A stretch of 12,210 bases of DNA from assembly GCA_046754105.1 (NCBI GenBank), contig JBHHVD010000092.1:1-12210 (forward strand), in the 5' to 3' direction. Below the pieces are notes generated by a model. It did not search any database. It had not been told where the DNA came from and worked only from the letters and a program-made list of their open reading frames with translations. The stretch is from Candidatus Krumholzibacteriia bacterium (lineage in GTDB: Bacteria > Krumholzibacteriota > Krumholzibacteriia > WVZY01). The first letter of the stretch is position 1. Every line of letters begins with the position of its first letter. Of this stretch, positions 1 through 7,396 are shown one piece after another. A program made the translations under genes and the position numbers.

Positions 1-82
1 CAGCGAACAGCCCACCCGTGCTCGAAGCCTGCGCGCGGGCGGGCGCCCGTTCGCTCCCACCCGCATCGTACTGCTCACGCAA

Positions 83-201
83 CGGGTGGGCTCGGGGGTT
101 GTCGACGGGACGTTCGCAGGAGCGAGCGAGGATCACCGGCCAAAGGCCGGTAGCCGAGCGAAGCGGGCGACGGGACGGAGACAAGCCCCCGAGTCCGCCC
201 G
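83..201 (+). repeat. Intergenic structured inverted-repeat element (REP/MITE-like or structured RNA/ssDNA)
   Basis: Arms CGGGTGGGCTCGGGGGTTGTC (83-103) and GACAAGCCCCCGAGTCCGCCCG (180-201) pair with one bulged G and two G-T wobbles. The interior has hairpin ACCGGCC-AAA-GGCCGGT (135-151), GCGAAGC (158-164) and direct repeat CGACGGGACG (103-112, 168-177). Confidence 0.55.
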
Positions 202-326
202 CCGGTAACGCCGTGTTACTCGCTGACAGCACCCGCATCGGGCCGGATCGTGCCCTGAGCGTGGGAGCGCTGGTTCGACGGGCCAGGTGGTTTGTAAATA
301 AGGAAAGACGACTCGCCGGCGCGGGG

Positions 327-1019
327 CTACAGGCCGCCGACGCCTTCACCTTCGGGGCGGGTTTCACGCATCACGAAGCGCTGAACCAACTCGCGCTCCA
401 CGTCGCGGAAATTCTTGAATTCGACAAAATCAACGCCCTTGGTCTTGCAGAAATCCAGGAGATCGCCCTTGGCGAAGACCAGTTCTGAATACTCCGACGG
501 GCAGCGGTCGGACAGGCCGTTGCCAACGTAGACGATGTAGTAGCCCTCGTCCTTGTATCGCGAGAGATGATACGTCTTGCAGTTGCCGCAATCCCGGCAG
601 TCACGCCTGTCGTAGTGGGGAAAAGAAACGGACAGGTTACCCCCGTTGAACTCGAGCGTATTGGCATAGTACTCCAGTTCGCCGAGTCCGGATCGCATCA
701 GCATTTTCTCGACGTAGTAGTCGAGGCCATCACTGACGATCACCACCTCAATGTGGCTGCGCCGCGCGAAATCCACGAAGTCCTTGAAGTAGGGGTCGAG
801 CTTCCTCTGGTTGACGAACCGATCGAGTTCTCCGGGCGAAACTTCCGCCAGTGACACCTCTCTTTCGAGACATTCCCTGGAGGAAATTTCGCCCTTTTTC
901 CACTGCTCGATCACCGGCAAGCTGAGAGCCTCGTCGGCGAAGGTGCGAAACAAGAGGTTGCCGACGTCATCCTGCGCGACGGTACCGTCGAAATCACAGA
1001 GAACGGCGATCTTTCTCAC
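327..1019 (-). CDS. MtnX-like HAD-IB family phosphatase (230 aa)
   Basis: HAD motif I DFDGT near the N-terminus, motif II VSDG, a CxxCGxCK segment typical of MtnX-like enzymes, motif IV-like GNGLSD, and VFAK. The GTG start overlaps the upstream stop (GTGA, 1016-1019). Confidence 0.85.
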   Translation of the reverse strand: MRKIAVLCDFDGTVAQDDVGNLLFRTFADEALSLPVIEQWKKGEISSRECLEREVSLAEVSPGELDRFVNQRKLDPYFKDFVDFARRSHIEVVIVSDGLDYYVEKMLMRSGLGELEYYANTLEFNGGNLSVSFPHYDRRDCRDCGNCKTYHLSRYKDEGYYIVYVGNGLSDRCPSEYSELVFAKGDLLDFCKTKGVDFVEFKNFRDVERELVQRFVMRETRPEGEGVGGL

Positions 1020-2647
1020 TTGAGGCTCGCCTTCTTGGTGGCGTTCTGTTGTTCCGCGTAGTCGTACATGTCCTTCAGCGTCGGCGCCTCTTTGAACAGG
1101 CGAATGACTTTCTGGAACTCTTCGTCGTTGTGCAGCAATACGCGATACATGTCTTTGCGGCCGAAGTTCTTGGAGACGATCTCACGGGTGATGGCCTTCT
1201 TGATATAATCCTCGCTATCCTTGAACTTCTCTTTGTCGTACTCGAACTCACGGTCCGCCAGCATTTTCTTGAAGTCGGCCAGCACTTCGGGCGTTACGCG
1301 GAAGTCACGGGCGACCTTGTGTTTTGTCGAGTAGTCGATGGCGAAGCTGAAGAACAACGCGTCACGCTCCAACCGCCGCTCTATTTCGCCGTACTTCTTC
1401 GGTTCGAGACTGAGGTCCGGCGTGATACCCCCTCCGCCGTATACCGCACGTCCGGACGACGTGTGGAACAACGGCCGGGAGAGGTCGCCCAACTCGACGC
1501 TCTCCGTCGACTGGGCCATCGAGAGTTGGTCACCCTCTTCGTCCGTTCTTGCCTCCGCCGTAACGTTCTGTGCCCGGTCCCGGCGGTGATCCATGTGAAT
1601 GCTGCGGCCTGAAGGCGTGTAGTATTTCGCAGTCGTCAGTTTGACCGCCTGGCTGTCGGACAGGCTGAACACCGTTTGCACCGTGCCCTTGCCGAAGGAG
1701 GTTTGCCCAACGACAAACCCCGCGTCCCAATCCTGCAGGGCCCCGGCAACAATCTCCGACGCGCTGGCACTGGCGCCGTTGATCATAACGACTATAGGGT
1801 AGCCCTGAAACTTGCGACCTTTGCCCGCGTAATACTTGTGGTTGTTCTGGGAGTAGCGGCCCTTCGTATACACAAGGAGCCTGTCCTTGTCGAGGAACAA
1901 TTCCGACACACCGGTCGCGGCCTGTAGCAAACCACCGGGGTTCGAGCGCAGATCGATGACCAGCCCCTTCATTCCCTCCGCCTCCAGGTCGCGCAGCACC
2001 GCCTGCAGCTCGTCCCTCGTGTTTCTCGAAAAGCTGGACACCTTGACGTAGCCGATGTCGTCGTACATCCCCGAGTGGGAAATGCTATTGACCTTGATCT
2101 CTTCGCGAACCAGGTTGTATTCAATGCGGTCGTTCAATCCGGGCCGGCTGATCTTGAATCGGACGTTGCTGCCCGGTTCACCACGCAGATAGCGCACGGC
2201 CCTCTGGACCTGCCACCCCTCGGTCAACTCGCCCTCGATCTCGACGATGCGGTCGCCGGTCTGTATGCCCGCTCGGGACGCCGGTGTGCCCTCGATGGGA
2301 GAAATAACCGTCGGGTAGTTGTCGCGGAATGAGATGAAAATCCCCAGGCCACCAAACTGCCCTTGCGTGCTAAGCAGCAGATCTTCGTAGTCGAGACCGG
2401 AGAGGAACTGGCTGTGAGGGTCCAGCTCCTTGAGCATCTCCTCGATCGCCTGTGTCACGAGTTCGTGGGTGTCGACCTCGTCCACGTAGAACGATTTCAC
2501 CTTGTTGATGACGGAGGCAAAGACCTCCAGATCGTGCAGGACACTTTCCTTGCTCTGTTTGCTCTTGGCCCACGAACCCAGCGCGAAGCTGGAAAAGACG
2601 ACTAGCAACAAAACTACGATAGTCCGGCAGTTTGACAGGAATCTCAT
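1016..2647 (-). CDS. ctpA: Carboxyl-terminal processing protease, S41A family, with signal peptide and PDZ domain (543 aa)
   Basis: Motifs LDPHS, FGGLGI (PDZ), DLRSNPGGLL, SASASEIVAGALQD (catalytic Ser), GKGTVQ (catalytic Lys) and KLTTAKYYTPSGRSI. I moved the start to ATG 2647 because GGAGG lies 8 nt upstream and a hydrophobic signal peptide follows. Confidence 0.95.
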   Translation of the reverse strand: MRFLSNCRTIVVLLLVVFSSFALGSWAKSKQSKESVLHDLEVFASVINKVKSFYVDEVDTHELVTQAIEEMLKELDPHSQFLSGLDYEDLLLSTQGQFGGLGIFISFRDNYPTVISPIEGTPASRAGIQTGDRIVEIEGELTEGWQVQRAVRYLRGEPGSNVRFKISRPGLNDRIEYNLVREEIKVNSISHSGMYDDIGYVKVSSFSRNTRDELQAVLRDLEAEGMKGLVIDLRSNPGGLLQAATGVSELFLDKDRLLVYTKGRYSQNNHKYYAGKGRKFQGYPIVVMINGASASASEIVAGALQDWDAGFVVGQTSFGKGTVQTVFSLSDSQAVKLTTAKYYTPSGRSIHMDHRRDRAQNVTAEARTDEEGDQLSMAQSTESVELGDLSRPLFHTSSGRAVYGGGGITPDLSLEPKKYGEIERRLERDALFFSFAIDYSTKHKVARDFRVTPEVLADFKKMLADREFEYDKEKFKDSEDYIKKAITREIVSKNFGRKDMYRVLLHNDEEFQKVIRLFKEAPTLKDMYDYAEQQNATKKASLK

Positions 2648-2761
2648 GGGCCAGGCCTCCATCGGTTGGGGATTGATGAGCCGTTTCGAGGCTGCATTCG
2701 TGCACTAGCTAAGCATAAGGTATTCCAAGAGCGAATCTCATAAGGCCTTATAAGCACGAAA

Positions 2762-2790
2762 AATATAATCATTCCTCGGCCCGCTAGCAA
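2762..2790 (-). promoter_or_regulatory. Candidate sigma-70 promoter for ctpA-phosphatase operon
   Basis: Minus strand TTGCTA-17 bp-TATATT in the AT-rich divergent intergenic region. Confidence 0.6.
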
Positions 2791-2936
2791 TAGCCTTGAT
2801 ACGCCAAATTTGACCGAAAAGGTCCAAACTACTTCCCACCTCGCACGCGCGCATAGTATGGTGGAAAGCGAAAAGCGGTTCGGAGCAAGGCCGCCAGCGC
2901 CAGAGAAACGCTTTATACGCCAGGAGCTTATGTCGC

Positions 2937-3581
2937 ATGCCACCGGGCAGCGCGTACTTCATCGTTCTCGAAGGAATCGACGGTGCCGGCACGACCACGC
3001 AGGCGGCGATGCTACACCAGTACATGGTGGATCGTGGCCGGCCCGTTTCTCTTACGCGCGAACCGACGGACGCGCCGTTGGGCCGGTTCATCCGCGAGAC
3101 ATTATCGGGCACTATCGGGAGCGGCGAGGGTGAGCCGTTTGTACCTTCCGAGGGCGCGCTCTGCCTGCTTTTCGCCGCCGACCGCATCGAGCATTCACGG
3201 GTGATCGACCGGGCACGTTCGCAGGGAAGCCACGTTGTGTGCGATCGCTACATCCTCTCGTCGATCGCCTACCAGTCCCGTGACCCGGGCATATCGGCGG
3301 AGCGCGTCGTCGAGGTCAACCGCGGCTGCTCGGTGCCCGACATGACGTTCTTCCTGGACGTGAGCGTTGACGAATGCCTGCGGCGTCTGGAGACACGCAA
3401 CGACTCCCCGACACTCTATGAAAAAAGAGATATTCTCGAAGCGATAGACCGAAACTACCGAGCGGTGCGTCCTTTTTACGAACGATGCTTCGGACGCCTG
3501 ATCTCGATTGACGGCACGAGGTCGCCCTCGCGGGTCCATGAGAAAATCACTTCGCACATCGAAAAACAGCTGAAGCCCTGA
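2937..3581 (+). CDS. tmk: Thymidylate (dTMP) kinase (214 aa)
   Basis: FIVLEGIDGAGTTTQ P-loop (variant), TREP, LLFAADR, CDRY..SSIAYQ and PDMTFFLDV. AGGAG lies at 2922-2926. Confidence 0.93.
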   Translation: MPPGSAYFIVLEGIDGAGTTTQAAMLHQYMVDRGRPVSLTREPTDAPLGRFIRETLSGTIGSGEGEPFVPSEGALCLLFAADRIEHSRVIDRARSQGSHVVCDRYILSSIAYQSRDPGISAERVVEVNRGCSVPDMTFFLDVSVDECLRRLETRNDSPTLYEKRDILEAIDRNYRAVRPFYERCFGRLISIDGTRSPSRVHEKITSHIEKQLKP

Positions 3582-3594
3582 CCGGTGAATTTCG

Positions 3595-4212
3595 TCAACC
3601 CGCGGGGCTTTGTGGTGATTGCTCGCGGGTCAAGCGATACGCGTGAAGCACTCTCTGAAGTACCGTGACCGTCGTCGCCGCCGCCAGCACGACCAGGATC
3701 AACGACAGCACGCGGCTGCCAAGGAAAAGCCCGAGCACGAGGAGCGCGAGACGTTCCGGCCGTTCCATGAGCCCAACGCTACACGTCAAACCCAATCCCT
3801 CGATACGCGCCCGCGCGTAGCTGACCAGAATCGAACCTGACAGCACAACGCACACCACCACGATAATGAAATCACTGAACCCTTGCGGGCGCAGCATGTA
3901 ATAAACGATCAATGCGCAGAGGTAGGCGAGCTCGGATATGCGATCGAATGTGGAATCGATGAACGCGCCGAACTTGGTTTGCATCCCGCGATGACGGGCG
4001 ACCGCTCCGTCGAGCACGTCGAAGATGCCCGATAGCAAGAGCCACACACCCGCCTGGAAGAGGAAGCCCCGGGCCAGCACGTACGCGCCATAAAGCCCGA
4101 GCACCAGGCCGACCAGCGAAATCGCCATCGGAGGGACGCCGAGGGATGACATCCCGGACACTACCGGGTCGAACATGTGGCGCGCCTTTTCTTTGATTGC
4201 CGTCTTGGCCAT
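3595..4212 (-). CDS. CDP-alcohol phosphatidyltransferase, phosphatidylinositol-phosphate-synthase-like (205 aa)
   Basis: Family signature DVLDGAVAR-x7-GAFIDSTFD, several hydrophobic helices, and C-terminal SYARARIE...GLMERPERL. The start is placed at ATG 4212 (MAKTAIKEK) because the upstream extension in the track looks non-coding. Confidence 0.88.
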   Translation of the reverse strand: MAKTAIKEKARHMFDPVVSGMSSLGVPPMAISLVGLVLGLYGAYVLARGFLFQAGVWLLLSGIFDVLDGAVARHRGMQTKFGAFIDSTFDRISELAYLCALIVYYMLRPQGFSDFIIVVVCVVLSGSILVSYARARIEGLGLTCSVGLMERPERLALLVLGLFLGSRVLSLILVVLAAATTVTVLQRVLHAYRLTREQSPQSPAG

Positions 4213-4287
4213 GTCGGAATCCGCTCTGCGTGGACAACTGTGCCGGGCCCCCGCGGTCGTCCGTTTCATGCAGAGGATCACGTGCCA

Positions 4288-4316
4288 ACGCTAGCCCAGG
4301 GTCTCCGGGCCGTCAA
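4288..4316 (-). promoter_or_regulatory. Candidate internal sigma-70 promoter for the CDP-alcohol phosphatidyltransferase gene
   Basis: Minus strand TTGACG-17 bp-TAGCGT just after the rsmI stop, within a 106-bp gap. Confidence 0.45.
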
Positions 4317-4318
4317 CC

Positions 4319-5020
4319 CTATTTGCCTTTTCCCCGTATGAGAAGCACGATTTCACCGCGGACCCGGCGCTCTCCGAAGTGCCCGATCAACTCGGCGGCG
4401 GTTCCCCGCCGCACCTCTTCGTGAACCTTCGAGATCTCTCTTACCACGGCCAACTCTCTGGCGGGCAGCGCGCCGTTCAGAACCCCCAGCACCGTGATCA
4501 GGCGGTGGGGGGGTACGAAAAAAATGGCGGTGCGGCGCTCCTCAGCCAGGCCCTCGAATCGGCGGCCGAGTTCGCCCTTCTTTCTGGGTAGAAAACCCTC
4601 GAACACAAAAGCGTCGGTGGGAAAACCCGACAGGAGAAGCGCGGGCAGGATGGCGTTGGCACCGGGAACCACCCGCACGGCGATGCCCTCGGCGATCGCG
4701 GCGCGGACGAGATAGAAACCCGGGTCCGAGATGCCGGGCGTGCCCGCGTCCGAGACCAGGGCGAGTGTATCGCCGTCCTTACAGCGCCGAACGAGCGCCG
4801 GCGTTACCCGCTCCTTGTTGTGGTCGTGATAGGCGATGAGCCGGTTCTTGATACCGTAGTGATCGAAGAGCCTGCGCGTCCGCCGCGTGTCTTCGGCAAG
4901 AACCGCGTCCGCCGTCTTCAGCGCCTCGATACCGCGGTACGTCATGTCGCCCAGATTGCCGATCGGTGTGCTGACCAGGCAGACGGCGCCGCACGGATTC
5001 TCATTGTGGGGGTCGTTCAT
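4319..5020 (-). CDS. rsmI: 16S rRNA (cytidine1402-2'-O)-methyltransferase (233 aa, short form)
   Basis: Motifs VSTPIGNLGDMTYR, AEDTRRT, LVSDAGTPGISDPG, FEGFLP, REISKVHEE and RGEIVL. Confidence 0.95.
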   Translation of the reverse strand: MNDPHNENPCGAVCLVSTPIGNLGDMTYRGIEALKTADAVLAEDTRRTRRLFDHYGIKNRLIAYHDHNKERVTPALVRRCKDGDTLALVSDAGTPGISDPGFYLVRAAIAEGIAVRVVPGANAILPALLLSGFPTDAFVFEGFLPRKKGELGRRFEGLAEERRTAIFFVPPHRLITVLGVLNGALPARELAVVREISKVHEEVRRGTAAELIGHFGERRVRGEIVLLIRGKGK

Positions 5021-5051
5021 GTCGGAGTATTTGCGGGCGGACCGTCGTCGC

Positions 5052-6086
5052 TCAGGCGGGTTTCAGGCTGCCGAGCACCTCCGCCACGTAATCGATGCCG
5101 GTGCTATCGACGTCGAGGTGTGTCACCATGCGAACCAGCAACGGCCCGGCTGTCCCCGCCAGGACCCCTCGTTCCGCGAGCCGTTCCAGGAACGACTCGC
5201 GCGTTCCCAGAGACGGATCCACCCGGAACATGACCATGTTGGTCTCCACTTCGCCTGCCAGCTCGAGCCCTTCGACGCCGCCGACCACACCCGCGAGTCT
5301 GGCGGCGTTGTCGTGGTCGACTTGCAGCCGTTCCACGTGGTGGTCGAGTGCAAAGAGAGCCGCAGCAGCAACGACTCCCGCCTGCCGCATCCCGCCACCG
5401 AGCTGTTTCCGTTTTTTTCGTGCCCTGGCGATCGTCGCCTCGTCAGCACCTACGACCGAACCAACCGGCGCCCCGAGACCTTTCGAGAAGCACATGTTCA
5501 CCGTGTCCGCGCACGCAACCCAGGTATCGAACGAAATTCCCGTCGCCACGACGGCGTTGGCAAGACGCGCCCCGTCGAGATGCACTTTCATTCCGTTGGC
5601 CCCTGCGAGTTCCTTGATTCGCCGCATCTCATCCAGGGGAAACACCCGGCCCCCGGCCCAGTTGTGCGTGTTTTCCACCGCTATGACGCGGCTCACCGGC
5701 TGGTGCAGGTTTACGGGACGAATGCGGGTGGCGATTTGCTCGGCCGTAACGACCCCGTCCGTGCCGTCGATCGCGTTGAACTGCACGCCGCAGATCACGG
5801 GTACCGCCGCCACCTCGTTATTGAAAATGTGAGACAGGCGATCGAGAATGAGCTCGTCGCCGGGCGCCGTGATGGCGGCGATCGCCACCGTATTGCCCAT
5901 GGTTCCGCTGGGCACGAACATGGCGGCTTCCGTCCCAAAAAGCGACGCCGCACGCCGCTCGAGCCGTATGACGGTAGGATCGTCGCCGAAGACATCGTCG
6001 CCGACGTCGGCGCCGGCGATCGCTTCACGCATCCCCGGGACCGGGCGCGTGACGGTGTCGCTACGCAGATCCACTACCTTTGGCAT
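5052..6086 (-). CDS. ltaE: Low-specificity L-threonine aldolase, PLP-dependent (344 aa)
   Basis: Motifs DLRSDTVTRP, VGDDVFGDDPTV, FVPSGTMGN, ENTHN, HLDGARL, CFSKGLGAPVGS (PLP Lys) and GGGMRQAG. Confidence 0.93.
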   Translation of the reverse strand: MPKVVDLRSDTVTRPVPGMREAIAGADVGDDVFGDDPTVIRLERRAASLFGTEAAMFVPSGTMGNTVAIAAITAPGDELILDRLSHIFNNEVAAVPVICGVQFNAIDGTDGVVTAEQIATRIRPVNLHQPVSRVIAVENTHNWAGGRVFPLDEMRRIKELAGANGMKVHLDGARLANAVVATGISFDTWVACADTVNMCFSKGLGAPVGSVVGADEATIARARKKRKQLGGGMRQAGVVAAAALFALDHHVERLQVDHDNAARLAGVVGGVEGLELAGEVETNMVMFRVDPSLGTRESFLERLAERGVLAGTAGPLLVRMVTHLDVDSTGIDYVAEVLGSLKPA

Positions 6087-6155
6087 GGGTATCCTGACTC
6101 GATGTTTCGTTTGGGGGCGGGCCGGGAAGAGTCAGCCAGCGAAGGAAAACGCCTC

Positions 6156-6434
6156 TTAGACGTTGGAGACCATGTCCTTGAGTTCCTTGGAAACCTTGAA
6201 CACGGGCACGTTCCGGTCCGGCACGGGTACCGCTTCTCCGGTGCGCGGGTTGCGGGCCATGCGGGCCTTTCTCGCTTTCACCTTGAAGGTGCCGAAGCCG
6301 CGGATCTCGTAGTGCTTTCCGTCGGCGAGGGCCTTGGAAATGGATTCCAGAAACTGATCCATCGCCAGAGCCACATCTTTCTTCGTTAGCCCGGTCTTGC
6401 TGGCGATGTCCTCGACGATTTCGGCTTTGGTCAT
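6156..6434 (-). CDS. HU/IHF-family DNA-binding protein (92 aa)
   Basis: MTKAEIV...EIRGFGTF...ARNPRTGE...PVFK.SKELK, with a strong RBS (TAAGGAGG) upstream of ATG 6434. I cannot settle HU versus IHF-beta by eye. Confidence 0.95.
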   Translation of the reverse strand: MTKAEIVEDIASKTGLTKKDVALAMDQFLESISKALADGKHYEIRGFGTFKVKARKARMARNPRTGEAVPVPDRNVPVFKVSKELKDMVSNV

Positions 6435-6481
6435 CGTGTTGGCCTCCTTAGCGCGTAAACGAACCAAACAGATTTCCGTAA

Positions 6482-6510
6482 TTTTTAGCCCATAACTTGT
6501 GAAAAGTCAA
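6482..6510 (-). promoter_or_regulatory. Candidate sigma-70 promoter for HU/IHF-ltaE-rsmI
   Basis: Minus strand TTGACT-17 bp-TAAAAA(T). The -35 is good and the -10 is imperfect. Confidence 0.5.
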
Positions 6511-6750
6511 GGCATTTTTGGAATGGCGGCCGGGCGCGCCTCTGATTCTGCGAGGGCCCGTCCTCAATTTGCGTGTGCCCGAAGCAGGTCGATGAATCCT
6601 CATCCTTCCCTATTCGATATTCTGGGGCGCCGGTCCGCGCCGCCGCCCGCGTGCGCGACCCGGCTGCCGCGGTTTTCCCGGCGGTGCCCGACCCGTGAAT
6701 TCCCCATTGGTATGCAGCAAAACCCACCTGACCCAGCCGCGGCCGCATAG

Positions 6751-6767
6751 TTGGTACACCGCTTGCT
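6751..6767 (+). promoter_or_regulatory. Candidate sigma-54 (-24/-12) promoter
   Basis: TTGGTACACCGCTTGCT has exact GG-N10-GC spacing with TTGC at -12. It is intergenic, correctly oriented and about 120 bp upstream of the lipoprotein start. Confidence 0.7.
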
Positions 6768-6884
6768 GTTCGGACTGACGCTACGAAGTGGTCGCCGCAT
6801 ATGGACCGATCAAACAGCACCGTACCACTTCGCAGCCGCAGCAAGCACGGGGCAATACTGCCCATCCAAAGGAGGGCGATCGAA

Positions 6885-7307
6885 ATGAGCGCCAGAACTT
6901 TCACGACGTCGTTGGCGCTGCTCGGCCTCATCGCACTTGTTGGCGGTTGCGGGAGTGACACCATTTCACCAACCACTAACGAGGCGCCGATGCTGCCGCC
7001 GCAGAACGTCATTGTCAAACAGCAACCCTCGGGCGGGGTGTTGATATCGTGGGACGCCAACACCCAGGTGACCCTCAGAGGTTACAACGTCTACCGCAGG
7101 GATACGGGAGGGACCTCGATCGAGAGGCTGACCGCACAGCCGATTACCGGCACGCGGCACGTTGACAGTCAGGTCGATTGGCAAAAGGAATACGAGTATC
7201 GAGTAACATCGGTGAGTACGCTGGGCGGCGAGAGCAGCTTTGCCGCTTCCATCATCCAGCTCGATACGCCTCCCGTTGGCGGCCACAAACAGCTCCCACG
7301 CTGGTAG
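6885..7307 (+). CDS. Predicted lipoprotein with a single fibronectin type III-like domain (140 aa)
   Basis: RBS AAGGAGG at 6869-6875. The signal peptide ends in lipobox-like VGG-C22. FN3 pattern: PPQNV...LISW...GYNVYR...YEYRVTSV...GES. Confidence 0.8.
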   Translation: MSARTFTTSLALLGLIALVGGCGSDTISPTTNEAPMLPPQNVIVKQQPSGGVLISWDANTQVTLRGYNVYRRDTGGTSIERLTAQPITGTRHVDSQVDWQKEYEYRVTSVSTLGGESSFAASIIQLDTPPVGGHKQLPRW

Positions 7308-7332
7308 CACGGCCGTTCCCGACGTTTCGTTC

Positions 7333-7370
7333 GAAAAACCCTTCTCTACTACTTCGGAGAAGGGTTTTTC
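7333..7370. terminator. Bidirectional intrinsic terminator
   Basis: Perfect 14-bp inverted repeat GAAAAACCCTTCTC / GAGAAGGGTTTTTC with a 10-nt loop. It gives a T-tract on both strands and lies between convergent genes. Confidence 0.85.
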
Positions 7371-7396
7371 TCTGTTCGCCGCCCTGCGGATGCGGG

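Noticed and set aside
1..238. Minus-strand open frame from ATG 238 off the window, and plus-strand ORF 18-488
   Set aside because: Neither has an RBS or a protein-like translation, and both run through the palindromic element.
2809..2828. Imperfect palindrome TTTGACC-GAAAA-GGTCCAAA
   Set aside because: It needs a bulge and is short enough to arise by chance.
4269..4288. TTGGCACG on the minus strand as a third sigma-54 promoter
   Set aside because: The -24 half is perfect but the GC is 13 nt away instead of the required 10.
4501..4527. RsmI FFVPPHR instead of FYESPHR, with G7 and A7 runs; short C-terminus
   Set aside because: The frame is intact on both sides and the runs are too short to argue for phase variation. 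I recall VPPH and short forms as natural RsmI variants.
4887..6389. 500-aa plus-strand ORF
   Set aside because: It is the antisense shadow of ltaE, HU/IHF and rsmI with no recognisable motifs. Such ORFs are common in GC-rich DNA.
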